Assembly: GCA_965226795.1 (NCBI GenBank) | Contig: CBDDDZ010000003.1 | Coordinates: forward strand, 384,001-448,000 | Origin: Candidatus Latescibacterota bacterium | GTDB taxonomy: Bacteria; Latescibacterota; UBA2968; GCA-2709665 | Reading direction: 5' to 3' | Length of the DNA stretch: 64,000 nucleotides | Shown here: positions 19,901 through 29,294 of the stretch, one piece after another | Numbering within the stretch: the first letter of the stretch is position 1 | Layout: every line of letters starts with the position of its first letter | Made by a program: the position numbers and the translations under genes | Notes under the pieces: model-generated | The model's database searches: none | The model's input: the letters and a program-made list of their open reading frames with translations, nothing else | Told to the model about the DNA's origin: nothing

Positions 19901-20482
19901 TACAAACGGATCACCGACGACCTCGCTTTTGGAAACGTCATCAAAGATGTCCTCTTCGACCAGTTCCTGCGCACGAACCGTAGCGCGGAGGACCTCATCA
20001 AACAGGGCGAGTCGAAAACCCTGGAATTTAAATCGACGCTGCGCTGGAACCTGAAAGAGGACCGCAAGAACGATAAGCGCGTCACCCATGCGGCGCTCAA
20101 GACAATCGCCGCATTCCTGAACACGGAAGGCGGCGACCTTCTGCTAGGCGTCGCCGACGACGGCGCCGTCGTTGGAATAGAACGCGACCGGCTAGATACC
20201 GAAGACAAGTTCATGCTGCATCTCGCGCAGATCGTGCGCAACGGTCTCGGCGACCGCGCAGGCACGTGCATCGATCCCGGAGTTCAGATCGTCGACGGCA
20301 AGGCGGTATGCGTGGTGAGTTGCCAACGGAGCCCGGAACCGGTGTTCCTCTCGTGGAAGGGACTTGAGAAGGAAAACGGAGGTGACTTTTTCGTGCGCAG
20401 CGGTCCGGGAGCCGTTAAGCTCTCGTCAGACGACACCAGGGAATACATCCGTTCCCGGTTTGCCGGTTCAAATCCCAAGTGA
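16952..20482 (+). CDS. hsdR: Type I R-M restriction subunit with a C-terminal Schlafen/AlbA_2-like domain
   Basis: D...LNGIP...ELK nuclease, HSAGSGKT, DEAH, FTATPK, FQTGFDQP. The tail reads GESKTLEFKST...IAAFLNTEGGDLLLGVADDG. The start MSPVISEKAFE overlaps the fic stop. Confidence 0.93.
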   Translation: MSPVISEKAFEDAIEAALLGHGKDESGGLPTGVREGGLPIGGQAMEPGGYFKRRHEDYDHALCLLPKDVLDFIIATQPKEWRKLSQHYGAQVKGRFLKRLSSEIERRGVLHVLRNGIKDMGCTFRLAYFRPASGLNEETRRLYMANFFAVVRQVRYSMKNEKSLDLVLFLNGIPIFTAELKNLLSGQTVEDAIRQYKTDRDPREPLFGFGRCLAHFAVDPDLVYVTTRLAGPKTRFLPFNQGNNRGAGNPPVPPTQSGYATSYLWEETWSRDSVLDLVRQFVHEVEEEDENGRKTGRKSLVFPRYQQLDCVRKLISDARKTGAGQRYLIQHSAGSGKTFTIAWLAHQLSTLHDIEDRRVFDSIVVITDRRVLDRALQGAMRQFEQTLGVVENIDTTSRQLKEALESGKTIIVTTLQKFPVIAAEIGELPGKRFALIVDEAHSSQSGESTKSLKAVLATGSLEEAEGEEAGAETPEEELENAILAEVEKRGRLPNLSTFAFTATPKPKTLELFGTRRTDESFEPFHLYSMRQAIEEGFILDVLENYTTYKAYWRLLKKVEDDPRYDRRKATVLLKSYVELHPHAIDEKVRIMVCHFVEQVHTQIDGKAKAMIVTRSRLHAVRFKLAVDKYLAEQGHAFKALVAFSGTVEDGGKSYTEPGMNGVSEVQTANTFKGSEYRFLICANKFQTGFDQPLLHAMYVDKKLGGVNAVQTLSRINRTEPGKDGTMVLDFANDADDIKEAFEPYYETTLLSEATDPNLLYEIQMRLSDFPVYDQSDVDEFARIFFDKAATQDQLHAALNPVVHRFQTLEESEQQEFRGQLVDYVRLYAFLAQILPFADVDLEKLYVFSRHLRRLLPMDRAELPLEVQQNIDMESYRIQETRKGKINLERGTTKLEPVGTKDTYSLQPEEMETLSRIIAELNERFGVELGQEHRATLGQMMDRLSEDAALGAAARVNTRENVRLTFDHKVEETIQGIVDSNFDLYKRITDDLAFGNVIKDVLFDQFLRTNRSAEDLIKQGESKTLEFKSTLRWNLKEDRKNDKRVTHAALKTIAAFLNTEGGDLLLGVADDGAVVGIERDRLDTEDKFMLHLAQIVRNGLGDRAGTCIDPGVQIVDGKAVCVVSCQRSPEPVFLSWKGLEKENGGDFFVRSGPGAVKLSSDDTREYIRSRFAGSNPK

Positions 20483-20757
20483 TCCTCGAAGCTTGCCAGG
20501 AATGGGTCCGGTAGGGGGCCATCGTCGCCAGACTCTGTCAGACAATGGTCACCCAATTCCGTAAATTGTCAAATTTCGACTCCGTTATTATCGAATTAAA
20601 CTGTAAACGCTAATAAGTGTCTTCCTTATTTTCGCAATCGCAAATAACGCGTGGTCGTGACGTCAGGTATCGATGGGAGAAACCGACCCTGCGGTCGACA
20701 GGCCAGCACCTGCACGGCATCGTGGTCCAGGCGCCCGCGCCTGTCTAAGCCCCACCC

Positions 20758-20786
20758 GTAGGGGCAGGTTTCAAACCTGCCCCTAC
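20758..20786. repeat. GTAG-family REP-like palindrome
   Basis: GTAGGGGCAGGTTT-C-AAACCTGCCCCTAC. Confidence 0.7.
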
Positions 20787-20837
20787 CCTCAATACATCCG
20801 CGGATGCAGGTGAAATCGACGGGGCGTTGATGCGGGG

Positions 20838-20874
20838 TTGACATCTCCGATGAGGATGTGTATTATCTATACAC
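20838..20874 (+). promoter_or_regulatory. Promoter and operator of the vapBC pair
   Basis: TTGACA (20838), 17 bp, TATTAT (20861); palindrome GTGTAT-N5-ATACAC over the -10. Confidence 0.7.
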
Positions 20875-20902
20875 ACTTTTCCGCGAACCAGGAGGTGCCC
20901 AA

Positions 20903-21178
20903 ATGGCCAGAGTTCAGCTTGTATTATCCGACGAGGACCGCGACCGCTTCGTTCATCAGGCGCGAAGAGAAGGTAAGACCTTGAGCGCTTGGCTAAGAAC
21001 CGCAGCCCGCCAACGGCTCGAGGAACAGCAGCGGTCCCAGCCCTTCAAGTCGTCGGCTGACGTGGAGGCGTTCTTTCGCGCGTGCGACGCGCTGGAAGGT
21101 CCTGCTAGGGAGCCTGAATGGAATGAACACCTGGCGGTCATCCAGGAATCCCGCAGAAGGGGTATATCCAACACGTGA
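20903..21178 (+). CDS. vapB: RHH/CopG-like antitoxin
   Basis: MARVQLVLSDEDRDRF..QARREGKTLSAWLR; GGAGG RBS; coupled to the PIN gene. Confidence 0.7.
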   Translation: MARVQLVLSDEDRDRFVHQARREGKTLSAWLRTAARQRLEEQQRSQPFKSSADVEAFFRACDALEGPAREPEWNEHLAVIQESRRRGISNT

Positions 21179-21567
21179 TATTTGTCGACACCAATGTCTT
21201 TATGTACGCCGTGGGCAGGCCGCATCCGCTCCGGGATACTGCCCGGGGCTTTTTCACTGAGTGCACCCTTAACCGCACGCCTCTGTGCACGTCGGCGGAA
21301 GTGCTGCAGGAGTTGGCACACGCTTACCTCCCGGTGGCGAGGCTGCAAACGCTCGATGCGGCCCTGTCGTTGATCGCCAGATTCCGCGTGGATGTATGGC
21401 CGCTGGAAGAGGAGGATGTCACGCTTGCGCGTCAGCTCTGCGAACAACATCCCACCCTGGCAGCCAGGGACCTCTGCCACCTGGCCAGCTGCCGGCGGCG
21501 CGGCGTGAGCGAGGTTCGGACCTTCGATCAGGCTCTCGGCGCCGTTATCGGCGGAACGGCGGGGTGA
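21175..21567 (+). CDS. vapC: VapC PIN-domain toxin
   Basis: IFVDTNVFMY, EVLQE, ARDLCHLA, TFDQ. Confidence 0.9.
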   Translation: MIFVDTNVFMYAVGRPHPLRDTARGFFTECTLNRTPLCTSAEVLQELAHAYLPVARLQTLDAALSLIARFRVDVWPLEEEDVTLARQLCEQHPTLAARDLCHLASCRRRGVSEVRTFDQALGAVIGGTAG

Positions 21568-21781
21568 GAGGGCCGGAACGGAAATATATCCCGTGGACCG
21601 AAACCGGTTTTAATCCTGTGATCATTTGACCTATTCTTCAGTCGATTAGTGTGGCTCATCCCAAGGCAAGTAACCCAGGTTTACACGCCAATCATCCTGC
21701 GGTTGAGAGCCTCGGTCGTGCACAGTATCTTAATCGCCACTGATTTTGCGATAACCTGAACCGGAGAATTCAAGAGTCGCG

Positions 21782-23146
21782 ATGTCAAATTTAAAGCGCG
21801 TTGAATCGTGTTCCCTGGACCGCATTAAGAGGATGAGAAGCCTGGTCGCGGGGGAGATCGAAAAGATTGCCCGCCGGTTGGACGCAGAAGAAGAAAAAAT
21901 CAACCGCATGGCCAAAACAGCGGACACGGTGGGCCTGAGCAAGAGGCACGGCCAATACGAACTGAACCTGGATACGGCCGATTCGCGGATTTCGACGCTA
22001 AACGAGGAAAAACAGGAACTGAAGGACAAGGCCCGGATCATTGAACAGGCCTTCCAGAAGAAACATCTGATGGATAGGCAGGCCGAAAAACTGGGTAGCT
22101 CCTGGCGCGTGAAGGTCAAAGACATCATCATCTTCCTTCTCATTCTGTTTCTGATCTCGATCCTTGTCATGGACCTGCTCGGCATCGGCGCCAGCGGAGG
22201 TGGCGCGGTTGCAAATGCGGAGGTAAAAAAAGGAAAGATCCACAATATTGTCATTACGAAAGCGGGCGCCGGGTATGTGCGCGTGAACATTTATATCGTG
22301 GATCCGGCCGGGGCCGGCGCACTCGTTTCCGGGCACCTGACCGGAGGAAATTTGACAGGGGTGGACGTCGTCGACGGCGGGGAAAAATACAAGAACCCCG
22401 TTGTTGAGGTCCACCCCCACTTCTCGGTGGGCACGTTGTGGATATTCTGGATCATAGACGTGGTATGCTGCACCATCTTCATGGCCAACTTCGTCTTCGA
22501 ATGCAGGCTTGCCGCTTCCAAGAAGTGGTATTGGAAGAACAACTGGATCGACTTCATCACTTCCATTCCGCTTCCCCCCGTGCAGGTTATCGCAGTCTCC
22601 GGCGACATCGGCGTCGTACGCCTGGGGCGTCTGCTCCGGGCCGTGCGAATTTTGCGGGCGTTGCGGTTAATGCGCATCGGACTGTTCTTCTGGCGGGGTA
22701 TGGACCACCTCAGTACCACGCTGGACGTTCGCCTCCTAAAAAGGTCCCTTCTTTACGGCCTGTTATCGCTCGTGTTCGGCGCCTGCGTTTTTATGGGCCT
22801 GGAACACATGGAGTCCGGTTCCGGGTTCTGGGAAAGCCTCTGGTGGAGCTTCACCACGCTTGTGACCGGTGGTTACGCCGACATCCACAACCCGGAGACT
22901 GCTTCCGGCAGAATCCTCACGGTTTTTCTGGTGATAACCGGAATGGTTCTGGTGGGCGTATTCACCGCCACACTGACGAGCATCCTCGTCAAGGACAAAG
23001 ACTCCTTAAGCGCGGAAGAGCTTGAAGAGCAGATCGGAATCGCAACGAAAATCCACGAAGACCTGGAGACCACCAACCGCCGCCTGGACCGGCTGGAAGG
23101 AAGCGTCCGCGAGATCAGGGACGCTGTCACGGGCCGGGAGAAATAG
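21782..23146 (+). CDS. Voltage-gated-type ion channel with an atypical filter
   Basis: S4-like RLGRLLRAVRILRALRLMR; pore LWWSFTTLVTGGYAD; C-terminal coiled coil. Confidence 0.8.
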   Translation: MSNLKRVESCSLDRIKRMRSLVAGEIEKIARRLDAEEEKINRMAKTADTVGLSKRHGQYELNLDTADSRISTLNEEKQELKDKARIIEQAFQKKHLMDRQAEKLGSSWRVKVKDIIIFLLILFLISILVMDLLGIGASGGGAVANAEVKKGKIHNIVITKAGAGYVRVNIYIVDPAGAGALVSGHLTGGNLTGVDVVDGGEKYKNPVVEVHPHFSVGTLWIFWIIDVVCCTIFMANFVFECRLAASKKWYWKNNWIDFITSIPLPPVQVIAVSGDIGVVRLGRLLRAVRILRALRLMRIGLFFWRGMDHLSTTLDVRLLKRSLLYGLLSLVFGACVFMGLEHMESGSGFWESLWWSFTTLVTGGYADIHNPETASGRILTVFLVITGMVLVGVFTATLTSILVKDKDSLSAEELEEQIGIATKIHEDLETTNRRLDRLEGSVREIRDAVTGREK

Positions 23147-23301
23147 GCGCACCCTGCATTCTTTGTTTCTGTCCGGTTAACGTGAGCCCCGGGAAGGAAA
23201 TCTCCGGGGTTTGTTGTATCCCGCGGCGGCCGCCAAAGCGGTTGGCCTTCCTGGAGGACGGACCTTTGAACCCAGTTCCCTGCAGGAGTACCTGACCCGG
23301 C

Positions 23302-24579
23302 ATGTCGGTTTCGAGGAAACACGATCCCTATGCGGCCTTCCGCATTCAAAGCTACCGGCGGTACATTCTGGGCTGGTTTTTTGCCATCGTAGGCAACCAG
23401 ATCCAGGGCATCGCTATCGGCTGGGACATTTACCAGCGCACCGGCCAGGCGCTCTCCCTGGGCCTGGTCGGGCTCGCCCAGGCCCTGCCCACCATCATAC
23501 TCGCCCTGCCCGCAGGCTACCTGGCGGACAGATTCGACCGCCGCAGGGTGGTCATCTTCAGCATGCTGGGCACAACCCTGACTTCGCTGGCGCTCCTCGC
23601 GCTCTCCGTTGCAAAGGGGCCGATTCTCATGATGTATGCGTTACTGGCGCTGGATGCCACGGCCACGTGTCTGGGCCGCCCTGCCAGAACCGCCCTTGTC
23701 CCCCTGCTCGTCCCGCGCGACATTTTCCCGATCGCCGTAACATGGAACAGCAGCCTCATGCAGATGGCCTCGGTGGTCGGACCGGCCCTCGGCGGCTTTG
23801 TGGTGATGTTCAACGTTCCCGCCGCCTACGCGCTCAGTGCGGCGAGCACCCTCGTTTTCGTCGTTCTGCTCACGCGGGTGGACTTCCGTGCAGAACCTGA
23901 AAGTGCGGTACCGGCTTCGATCACGACCCTGCTGGCGGGCATCCGCTATGTCTGGCGCACCCGCCTGATCCTTTCCCTGATGGCCCTGGATATGTTCGCC
24001 GTACTGCTGGGCGGCGCCGTCTACCTGCTGCCCATCTATGCGGAGGATATTCTCCACGTCGGCGCCCAGGGCTTCGGCTGGCTTCGCGCCGCCCCGGGCG
24101 TCGGCGCCTTCTGCATGGCGATCCTCCTGGCCTACCTGCCACCCATGCAGCGCGCCGGCCGGAACCTCCTGCTGGCCGTGGCTGGATTCGGCGTAGCCAC
24201 CATCGTCTTCGGCCTCTCTCAATCCTTCTGGCTCTCCCTGGCGATGCTTTTCCTCACCGGCGCCTTCGACAACGTCAGCATGGTCGTCCGGCACACGCTG
24301 GTTCAGCTTCTCACAACCAATCGGATGCGAGGCCGTGTGCTGGCGGTCAACTACGTGTTCATCGGCGCCTCCAATGAACTGGGCGGCCTGGAATCCGGCC
24401 TGGTCGCCCACTGGTTGGGACCGGTCGTCTCCGTGGTCAGCGGCGGAATCGGGACCGTCCTCGTGGTTCTCGGCACCGTAGCCGGCGTTCCCGGCCTTCG
24501 ACGATTCGGCGCGCTCCACGAAGCCAGGCCGCGGGAAGAGGAGTTGGAAGTGGACGCGAACGGGAAGGGGGAACCCTGA
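23302..24579 (+). CDS. MFS transporter (EntS/DHA3-like)
   Basis: AGYLADRFDRRR motif A, about 12 hydrophobic segments, MRGRV, GASNELG. Confidence 0.9.
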   Translation: MSVSRKHDPYAAFRIQSYRRYILGWFFAIVGNQIQGIAIGWDIYQRTGQALSLGLVGLAQALPTIILALPAGYLADRFDRRRVVIFSMLGTTLTSLALLALSVAKGPILMMYALLALDATATCLGRPARTALVPLLVPRDIFPIAVTWNSSLMQMASVVGPALGGFVVMFNVPAAYALSAASTLVFVVLLTRVDFRAEPESAVPASITTLLAGIRYVWRTRLILSLMALDMFAVLLGGAVYLLPIYAEDILHVGAQGFGWLRAAPGVGAFCMAILLAYLPPMQRAGRNLLLAVAGFGVATIVFGLSQSFWLSLAMLFLTGAFDNVSMVVRHTLVQLLTTNRMRGRVLAVNYVFIGASNELGGLESGLVAHWLGPVVSVVSGGIGTVLVVLGTVAGVPGLRRFGALHEARPREEELEVDANGKGEP

Positions 24580-24765
24580 ACACTGTCCGGGCGCGCGGCT
24601 CCGGAGGGTTGTGGGCCTGTAAAGCACCGTATGTAAAGCCCGTTCGGACACGGTAATCAATTCTGAAGACGGATCCCTATGGTACATATTTCACGCCCAA
24701 CGACGTCGTGGCATCGACATTCGCCGGCTAATTCGCAGGCGACTGTCCAGAATGGCGCCCGCGGG

Positions 24766-27700
24766 ATGTCACGCTTGTCGTCGGTCGCCATGCCTTTCCG
24801 GCGGGTGTTGCCGGTTCTGTTTGCGCTCGTGGCAATCTGCACATCGCCGGCGCAGGCGCAGCGGGTCCCGCCGGACGAATCGTGGCGCGCACTCAATACG
24901 GAACACTTCCGCGTCACCTTTCCCGAGCATCTGGAGGACTTCGCCCGGCGGATGGCCGGGCAAGCGGAGTGGGCCTACGCACGGCTGACAGAAAATTTCC
25001 TGCCCGGGCCCCGGGAGCCGATCGATATCCTCATCACCGATCACGTCGACGTCTCCAACGGCTACGCGACCCCATTTCCTTCGAACCGCATCGTTTTATT
25101 CGCGCGTCCGCCTGTCGACAGTTTCGTGCTCGGCTACTTCGACGACTGGCTGGAACTTCTGATCGTTCACGAATTGACGCACATATTTCACCTGGACCGG
25201 CAGGGCCGTTACAGCCTTCGAGGGCTTTTCGGGCGGATCCCGTTCCCCGTATTCGGTTTCCCGGCAGCCACCATGCCGCGGTGGGTGATCGAAGGCATCG
25301 CCACCTGGTACGAATCCGCGCTCACGGGCAAGGGCCGCGTTCTGGGAACCTACCACGACATGGTGCTGCGTACGGCAGCCCTGGAGGGCCGCTTCGAATC
25401 CATCGGCCAGGCCGGGGGATGGTCGCCGCAGTGGCCCGGCGGAACCCGCGTGTACGCGTACGGATCGCTCTTTTTCGAACACCTCATGCGAAGGTACGGG
25501 CGGGGCAGGATGGCCGCGTTCGTTCAGGCGGTCGAGGACCAATGGATACCCTATCGGCTCGACGCGGCCGGAAGGAACGCATTCGGCGCCAGCCTGTCGA
25601 GCGAGTGGACCACGTGGGCAAAGGCCTGGCGGGATTCGGCCGCGGGGCTGGATACCCGCCTCACCCGGTTCGGTGCGATTTCCGAGCCGGAACGGCTGAC
25701 CCATGGCGCCCGTTACGCGCGCCACCCAAAGGTGTCGCCCGACGGATCGGCGCTGGTCTATCTTCGCTCCGACGGCCGTACGGATCCGAAACTCGTATCC
25801 GCCAGGCTGGACGCCGGCGGCGAATCGACCGTCGCGTTGATACAAGGGAACACGTTCGCGTTCACGCCCGGCGGCGACATCCTGGTCGACCAGTTGGAAT
25901 TCTCCGGGCGCTACCGGCAATTCAGCGACATTTATCGGGTGACGCATGATAGCGCGATTCAGCGGCTGACCACCGGCGCCCGTCTGACCGCCCCGTCGGC
26001 CGGACCCGGAGATTGGGCGGTCGCCGTCGCGGAAGGCGAGGGCACCAACGGTCTGGCCCGGGTCAATACCCGTACGGGCGCCGTCGAGACGTTGGCTCAC
26101 CCCGAAGCCGGCGTCTACTGGGCGTTTCCGGCGGTGTCTCCCGACGGCCGCTGGATTGCGGCGACCCGCTGGACAGGCGGGAAACACGACATCGCCATCC
26201 TGGATGGGAGCGGCAGCCTCGTCAGCCAGGTCACCCATGACGGCGCGCTGGACTTCGCCCCCACATGGAGCGCCGACGGGCAGTGGCTGGTATGGTCGTC
26301 CGACCGCACCGGCATCCCGAACGTACTCGCGGCAAGATTCGACAGCGGACGGACCACACCCCCGGTCATGCTCACGAACGTCCGCACGGGCGCGGCGTGG
26401 CCCAGCGTGGACCCGTCGGGGCAATGGCTCTATTTCTCGGGGTACCACGTGGACGGATGGGAGATCGAACGTATTCCGTTCGATCCTGCCGCCGCGAGGC
26501 CGGCCCCTCGTTACATGGCCGATTCGACGCACACCGCGGCGGGAGTGCTCGCGGCAGAAGTCGAGACCACGGCAAATGAACCCGGCGCGCGGCCGGGCGG
26601 ACAAATACGCACCTATTCGCCGATGCAGACCCTCCTTCCCCGCTATTGGGTCCCAATTGGGACTCTGACCTTTTCCGGCGCCGGGAGCAGCACATCGCCC
26701 CGCTCAAAGGTTCTCGGTTCGTCCGTCGGCGCCTTTACGTCAGGGGTGGACCTCGTGGGCCGGCACGCCTATAACGTCGGCGCCCGCATCTTTCTGCCGG
26801 CAGGAGGATATTCGGGAGGGAGGGCGGCCGGTTTTCTGTCCTATGGGTACGCCGGACTCGGCAACCCCACGTTGGGTTTATCGCTATCGCAAAACTGGGA
26901 CGAGGATCTCGTCGGGATGAGGGAAGAGGGCAACGACGCCCCGGCGGACACCACGTTTATTCTTGAACGAAGTCGCCGGGCGGCCGTATCGATGACCCTG
27001 GCGCGCCCCAGGGCGTGGAGCGCGTTCTCATTTACGCTTTCCGGCGGGCTGCTTCAGGAGGACCGGGAGGCGCTGAATTCCGAACTCCGGCCAGCGGATC
27101 TGTCGAAATTCGACAGCCCCCACAGCACCCTGGGCGAAGTGACGGCGCGGTTTTCGGCCTCCACGGCCAGGTCGCATGCGTTTCAGATGGGCAGGGCTGC
27201 CGGCGCGTCATTCTCCGTCGGGGCCACGCGGCGCATCGACTTTTCCGGGGAGCCTTCAGACGACCGGTCCGTCGACGCCGTCTCTGGCGACTTCAGGACC
27301 TACGTGAAACTGCCGGGAGGCGGATTTGCCGCGCCGGTGATGGCGCTCCGGGCAAGCGCGGGCGCGGTGCGGGGCCCGGACAGCGGCAGGGGCTACTTCA
27401 AGGTTGGCGGCTCTGCCCGGCGGACCTTTCCGGTGCGGGGATACGAGAGCACCCCGCGATCGGGGCGGCGCGCCTGGTCCGCCTCGCTGGAGTTCCGGGT
27501 ACCGGCCGTGCTGGTTAACCGCGCCCTGCGAACGCCGCTGCTGCATTTCGACCGCCTCTTTCTCACGCTCTTCGCCGACGCGGGCAACGCCTGGGGCCGC
27601 GACAATCTCAGCCAGGCATCGACGCCGCCCGCACTCCTGTCCGCCGGTGCTGAGTTCCTCTACGATTTCGGTATCCTCTATGTTCCATTCCGCTTCCGCG

Positions 27701-27771
27701 TTGGCGCAGCGTACGGGTTCACCGATCCGAAAGGCGCCGTCCCCCACCTCCACCTCGGCACGTCGTTCTGA
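24766..27771 (+). CDS. Outer-membrane protein: Zn-peptidase-like domain, PD40 propeller and Omp85-like barrel
   Basis: Signal peptide (AQA), VHELTH...WVIEGIA, SPDG/WSADG repeats, VRGY, FADAGNAW, terminal Phe. Confidence 0.8.
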   Translation: MSRLSSVAMPFRRVLPVLFALVAICTSPAQAQRVPPDESWRALNTEHFRVTFPEHLEDFARRMAGQAEWAYARLTENFLPGPREPIDILITDHVDVSNGYATPFPSNRIVLFARPPVDSFVLGYFDDWLELLIVHELTHIFHLDRQGRYSLRGLFGRIPFPVFGFPAATMPRWVIEGIATWYESALTGKGRVLGTYHDMVLRTAALEGRFESIGQAGGWSPQWPGGTRVYAYGSLFFEHLMRRYGRGRMAAFVQAVEDQWIPYRLDAAGRNAFGASLSSEWTTWAKAWRDSAAGLDTRLTRFGAISEPERLTHGARYARHPKVSPDGSALVYLRSDGRTDPKLVSARLDAGGESTVALIQGNTFAFTPGGDILVDQLEFSGRYRQFSDIYRVTHDSAIQRLTTGARLTAPSAGPGDWAVAVAEGEGTNGLARVNTRTGAVETLAHPEAGVYWAFPAVSPDGRWIAATRWTGGKHDIAILDGSGSLVSQVTHDGALDFAPTWSADGQWLVWSSDRTGIPNVLAARFDSGRTTPPVMLTNVRTGAAWPSVDPSGQWLYFSGYHVDGWEIERIPFDPAAARPAPRYMADSTHTAAGVLAAEVETTANEPGARPGGQIRTYSPMQTLLPRYWVPIGTLTFSGAGSSTSPRSKVLGSSVGAFTSGVDLVGRHAYNVGARIFLPAGGYSGGRAAGFLSYGYAGLGNPTLGLSLSQNWDEDLVGMREEGNDAPADTTFILERSRRAAVSMTLARPRAWSAFSFTLSGGLLQEDREALNSELRPADLSKFDSPHSTLGEVTARFSASTARSHAFQMGRAAGASFSVGATRRIDFSGEPSDDRSVDAVSGDFRTYVKLPGGGFAAPVMALRASAGAVRGPDSGRGYFKVGGSARRTFPVRGYESTPRSGRRAWSASLEFRVPAVLVNRALRTPLLHFDRLFLTLFADAGNAWGRDNLSQASTPPALLSAGAEFLYDFGILYVPFRFRVGAAYGFTDPKGAVPHLHLGTSF

Positions 27772-27889
27772 CCGGACGGGAATAGAATGGCGGGCGACCT
27801 AAGACTGCACGCAAAAAAGCCCCCGGAGATTCCTCTCTCGGGGTTGTTCTGCCAGTCCTGCCACTTTGTCACCCGTGCCGTGCGGTACG

Positions 27890-28110
27890 TCAACTATAGA
27901 TTCTCACCGCTTACCTCCGCGCTTCAGGTCCCTTTCGTATCGATTCGTGGTTAGAACACGAACGGATCAAACATGCTCAGCCTTGAACGCCTCCAGGTCG
28001 GTGTATTCAATTAGGCCGTCTTGTGACCGTGCTTGCCGTAGCGCGTCCAAAGTCTCGGTATTCGGAATCCTCACCTCGAAGGGCAAAACCCTGTGCAGAG
28101 TGTCCTGGAA
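27890..28110 (-). pseudogene. DinJ/RelB antitoxin C-terminus and YafQ-like toxin N-terminus remnants
   Basis: LPFEVRIPNTETLDALRQA...AFKAEHV*, followed by VLTTNRYERDLKRGGKR*. Confidence 0.6.
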
Positions 28111-28187
28111 ATAAGGTTTCACCCGGGCGCGGATAAAAACTGAGGGCATGATGCGGTCAAAAACGCTTGCTATTCGATGAAAAAATC

Positions 28188-29294
28188 TCATCCGTAGGAC
28201 CACTCGCTTTGAAACCCCTGTTGTTCTGCAATTGACATGAGAGGCTTCAAGGTCTTGTGATACGCAGATTTCAATTTCTCGTAGTCCAGCGTTTGATCTG
28301 CGCAAATAAACAGGTCCGTCGTATACGGCTCTATTTCCTTTTCCCATTTCTTACTGCTCAAGCTGTCCCGTGCGATGGATAACGCGGCACTCTGGGTTTC
28401 AGCTAAGCGATCAATGTAAATCTCAGATGGGATTTGGTCGCTTTTGCAACTGTTCGCTTGGGAATCAGCCGGTATCAGGTTCCACAACTGATTGTGCGCT
28501 ACGAATCTCCATGGCAAAAAATGATCCAATTCATAACCGCGATCCAGCTTCTTACCCGTGTAAATGCATCGGATATCCGTTTTATCAATAGCGATATTCC
28601 AGAAGCTTCTCTGTGCGTTAAGAGACTCCCTCTTATCTGGCGGGAGCAACTTTCGTGTTACAGCAGGAATACCGGGATTGCGCCGCTGCATATAATCTGC
28701 CCAATGCCACAGCGCCCATCCCTCGATAATCCCTTGGTTTTGTTTCAAATACGCGATCCAATCCGGATGCAAAAGGATGCATTCTTCGGAATTGTCGAAA
28801 CGGAAAAGAGGGCGTCGTTCACGGAAATGTTTGGCGGCGAGCTTGGTAACTTTCTGGTTCACCTTTTGATCTGGCATACCTCTGGTTTCTGTGGCGAAAA
28901 ACGGGCGCAAAATCCGGTAAGGGACAAAACGCGTTAATTTGTAATCTGACAACTTACTATTACAGGCGAGATGTTTCCGCAATTTATCGCGCCCGGTTTT
29001 GGACAGGACATTTCGATAATCTTCGTTGAACTGGATCGGTTCTAAAGCCGAAGCAATTTGGTCCCGAGTGCCAAACGACAATTTGAAAAAGACGAGAGGA
29101 TACCATGCAGTAAGCAGCATCTCAATCTCTATTTTTCTCAATGGAATTCCGTCATCAATCTCAAATTGCCTGTCCCTTATCAAATTCATTAACGAGATAA
29201 AAAAGAGATATTTGTACGAATTGGTCGTATGCCTGAACAAGCTGCTCAGTGTAGCGATATCCAGTTGGTGCGAATGTGGTAATGGCTGGGTCAT
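28188..29294 (-). CDS. HNH endonuclease domain protein
   Basis: TTNSYKYLF N-terminus; CIYTG...ELDHFLPW...LWNLIPA...NSCKSD; lower GC than the flanks. Confidence 0.85.
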   Translation of the reverse strand: MTQPLPHSHQLDIATLSSLFRHTTNSYKYLFFISLMNLIRDRQFEIDDGIPLRKIEIEMLLTAWYPLVFFKLSFGTRDQIASALEPIQFNEDYRNVLSKTGRDKLRKHLACNSKLSDYKLTRFVPYRILRPFFATETRGMPDQKVNQKVTKLAAKHFRERRPLFRFDNSEECILLHPDWIAYLKQNQGIIEGWALWHWADYMQRRNPGIPAVTRKLLPPDKRESLNAQRSFWNIAIDKTDIRCIYTGKKLDRGYELDHFLPWRFVAHNQLWNLIPADSQANSCKSDQIPSEIYIDRLAETQSAALSIARDSLSSKKWEKEIEPYTTDLFICADQTLDYEKLKSAYHKTLKPLMSIAEQQGFQSEWSYG

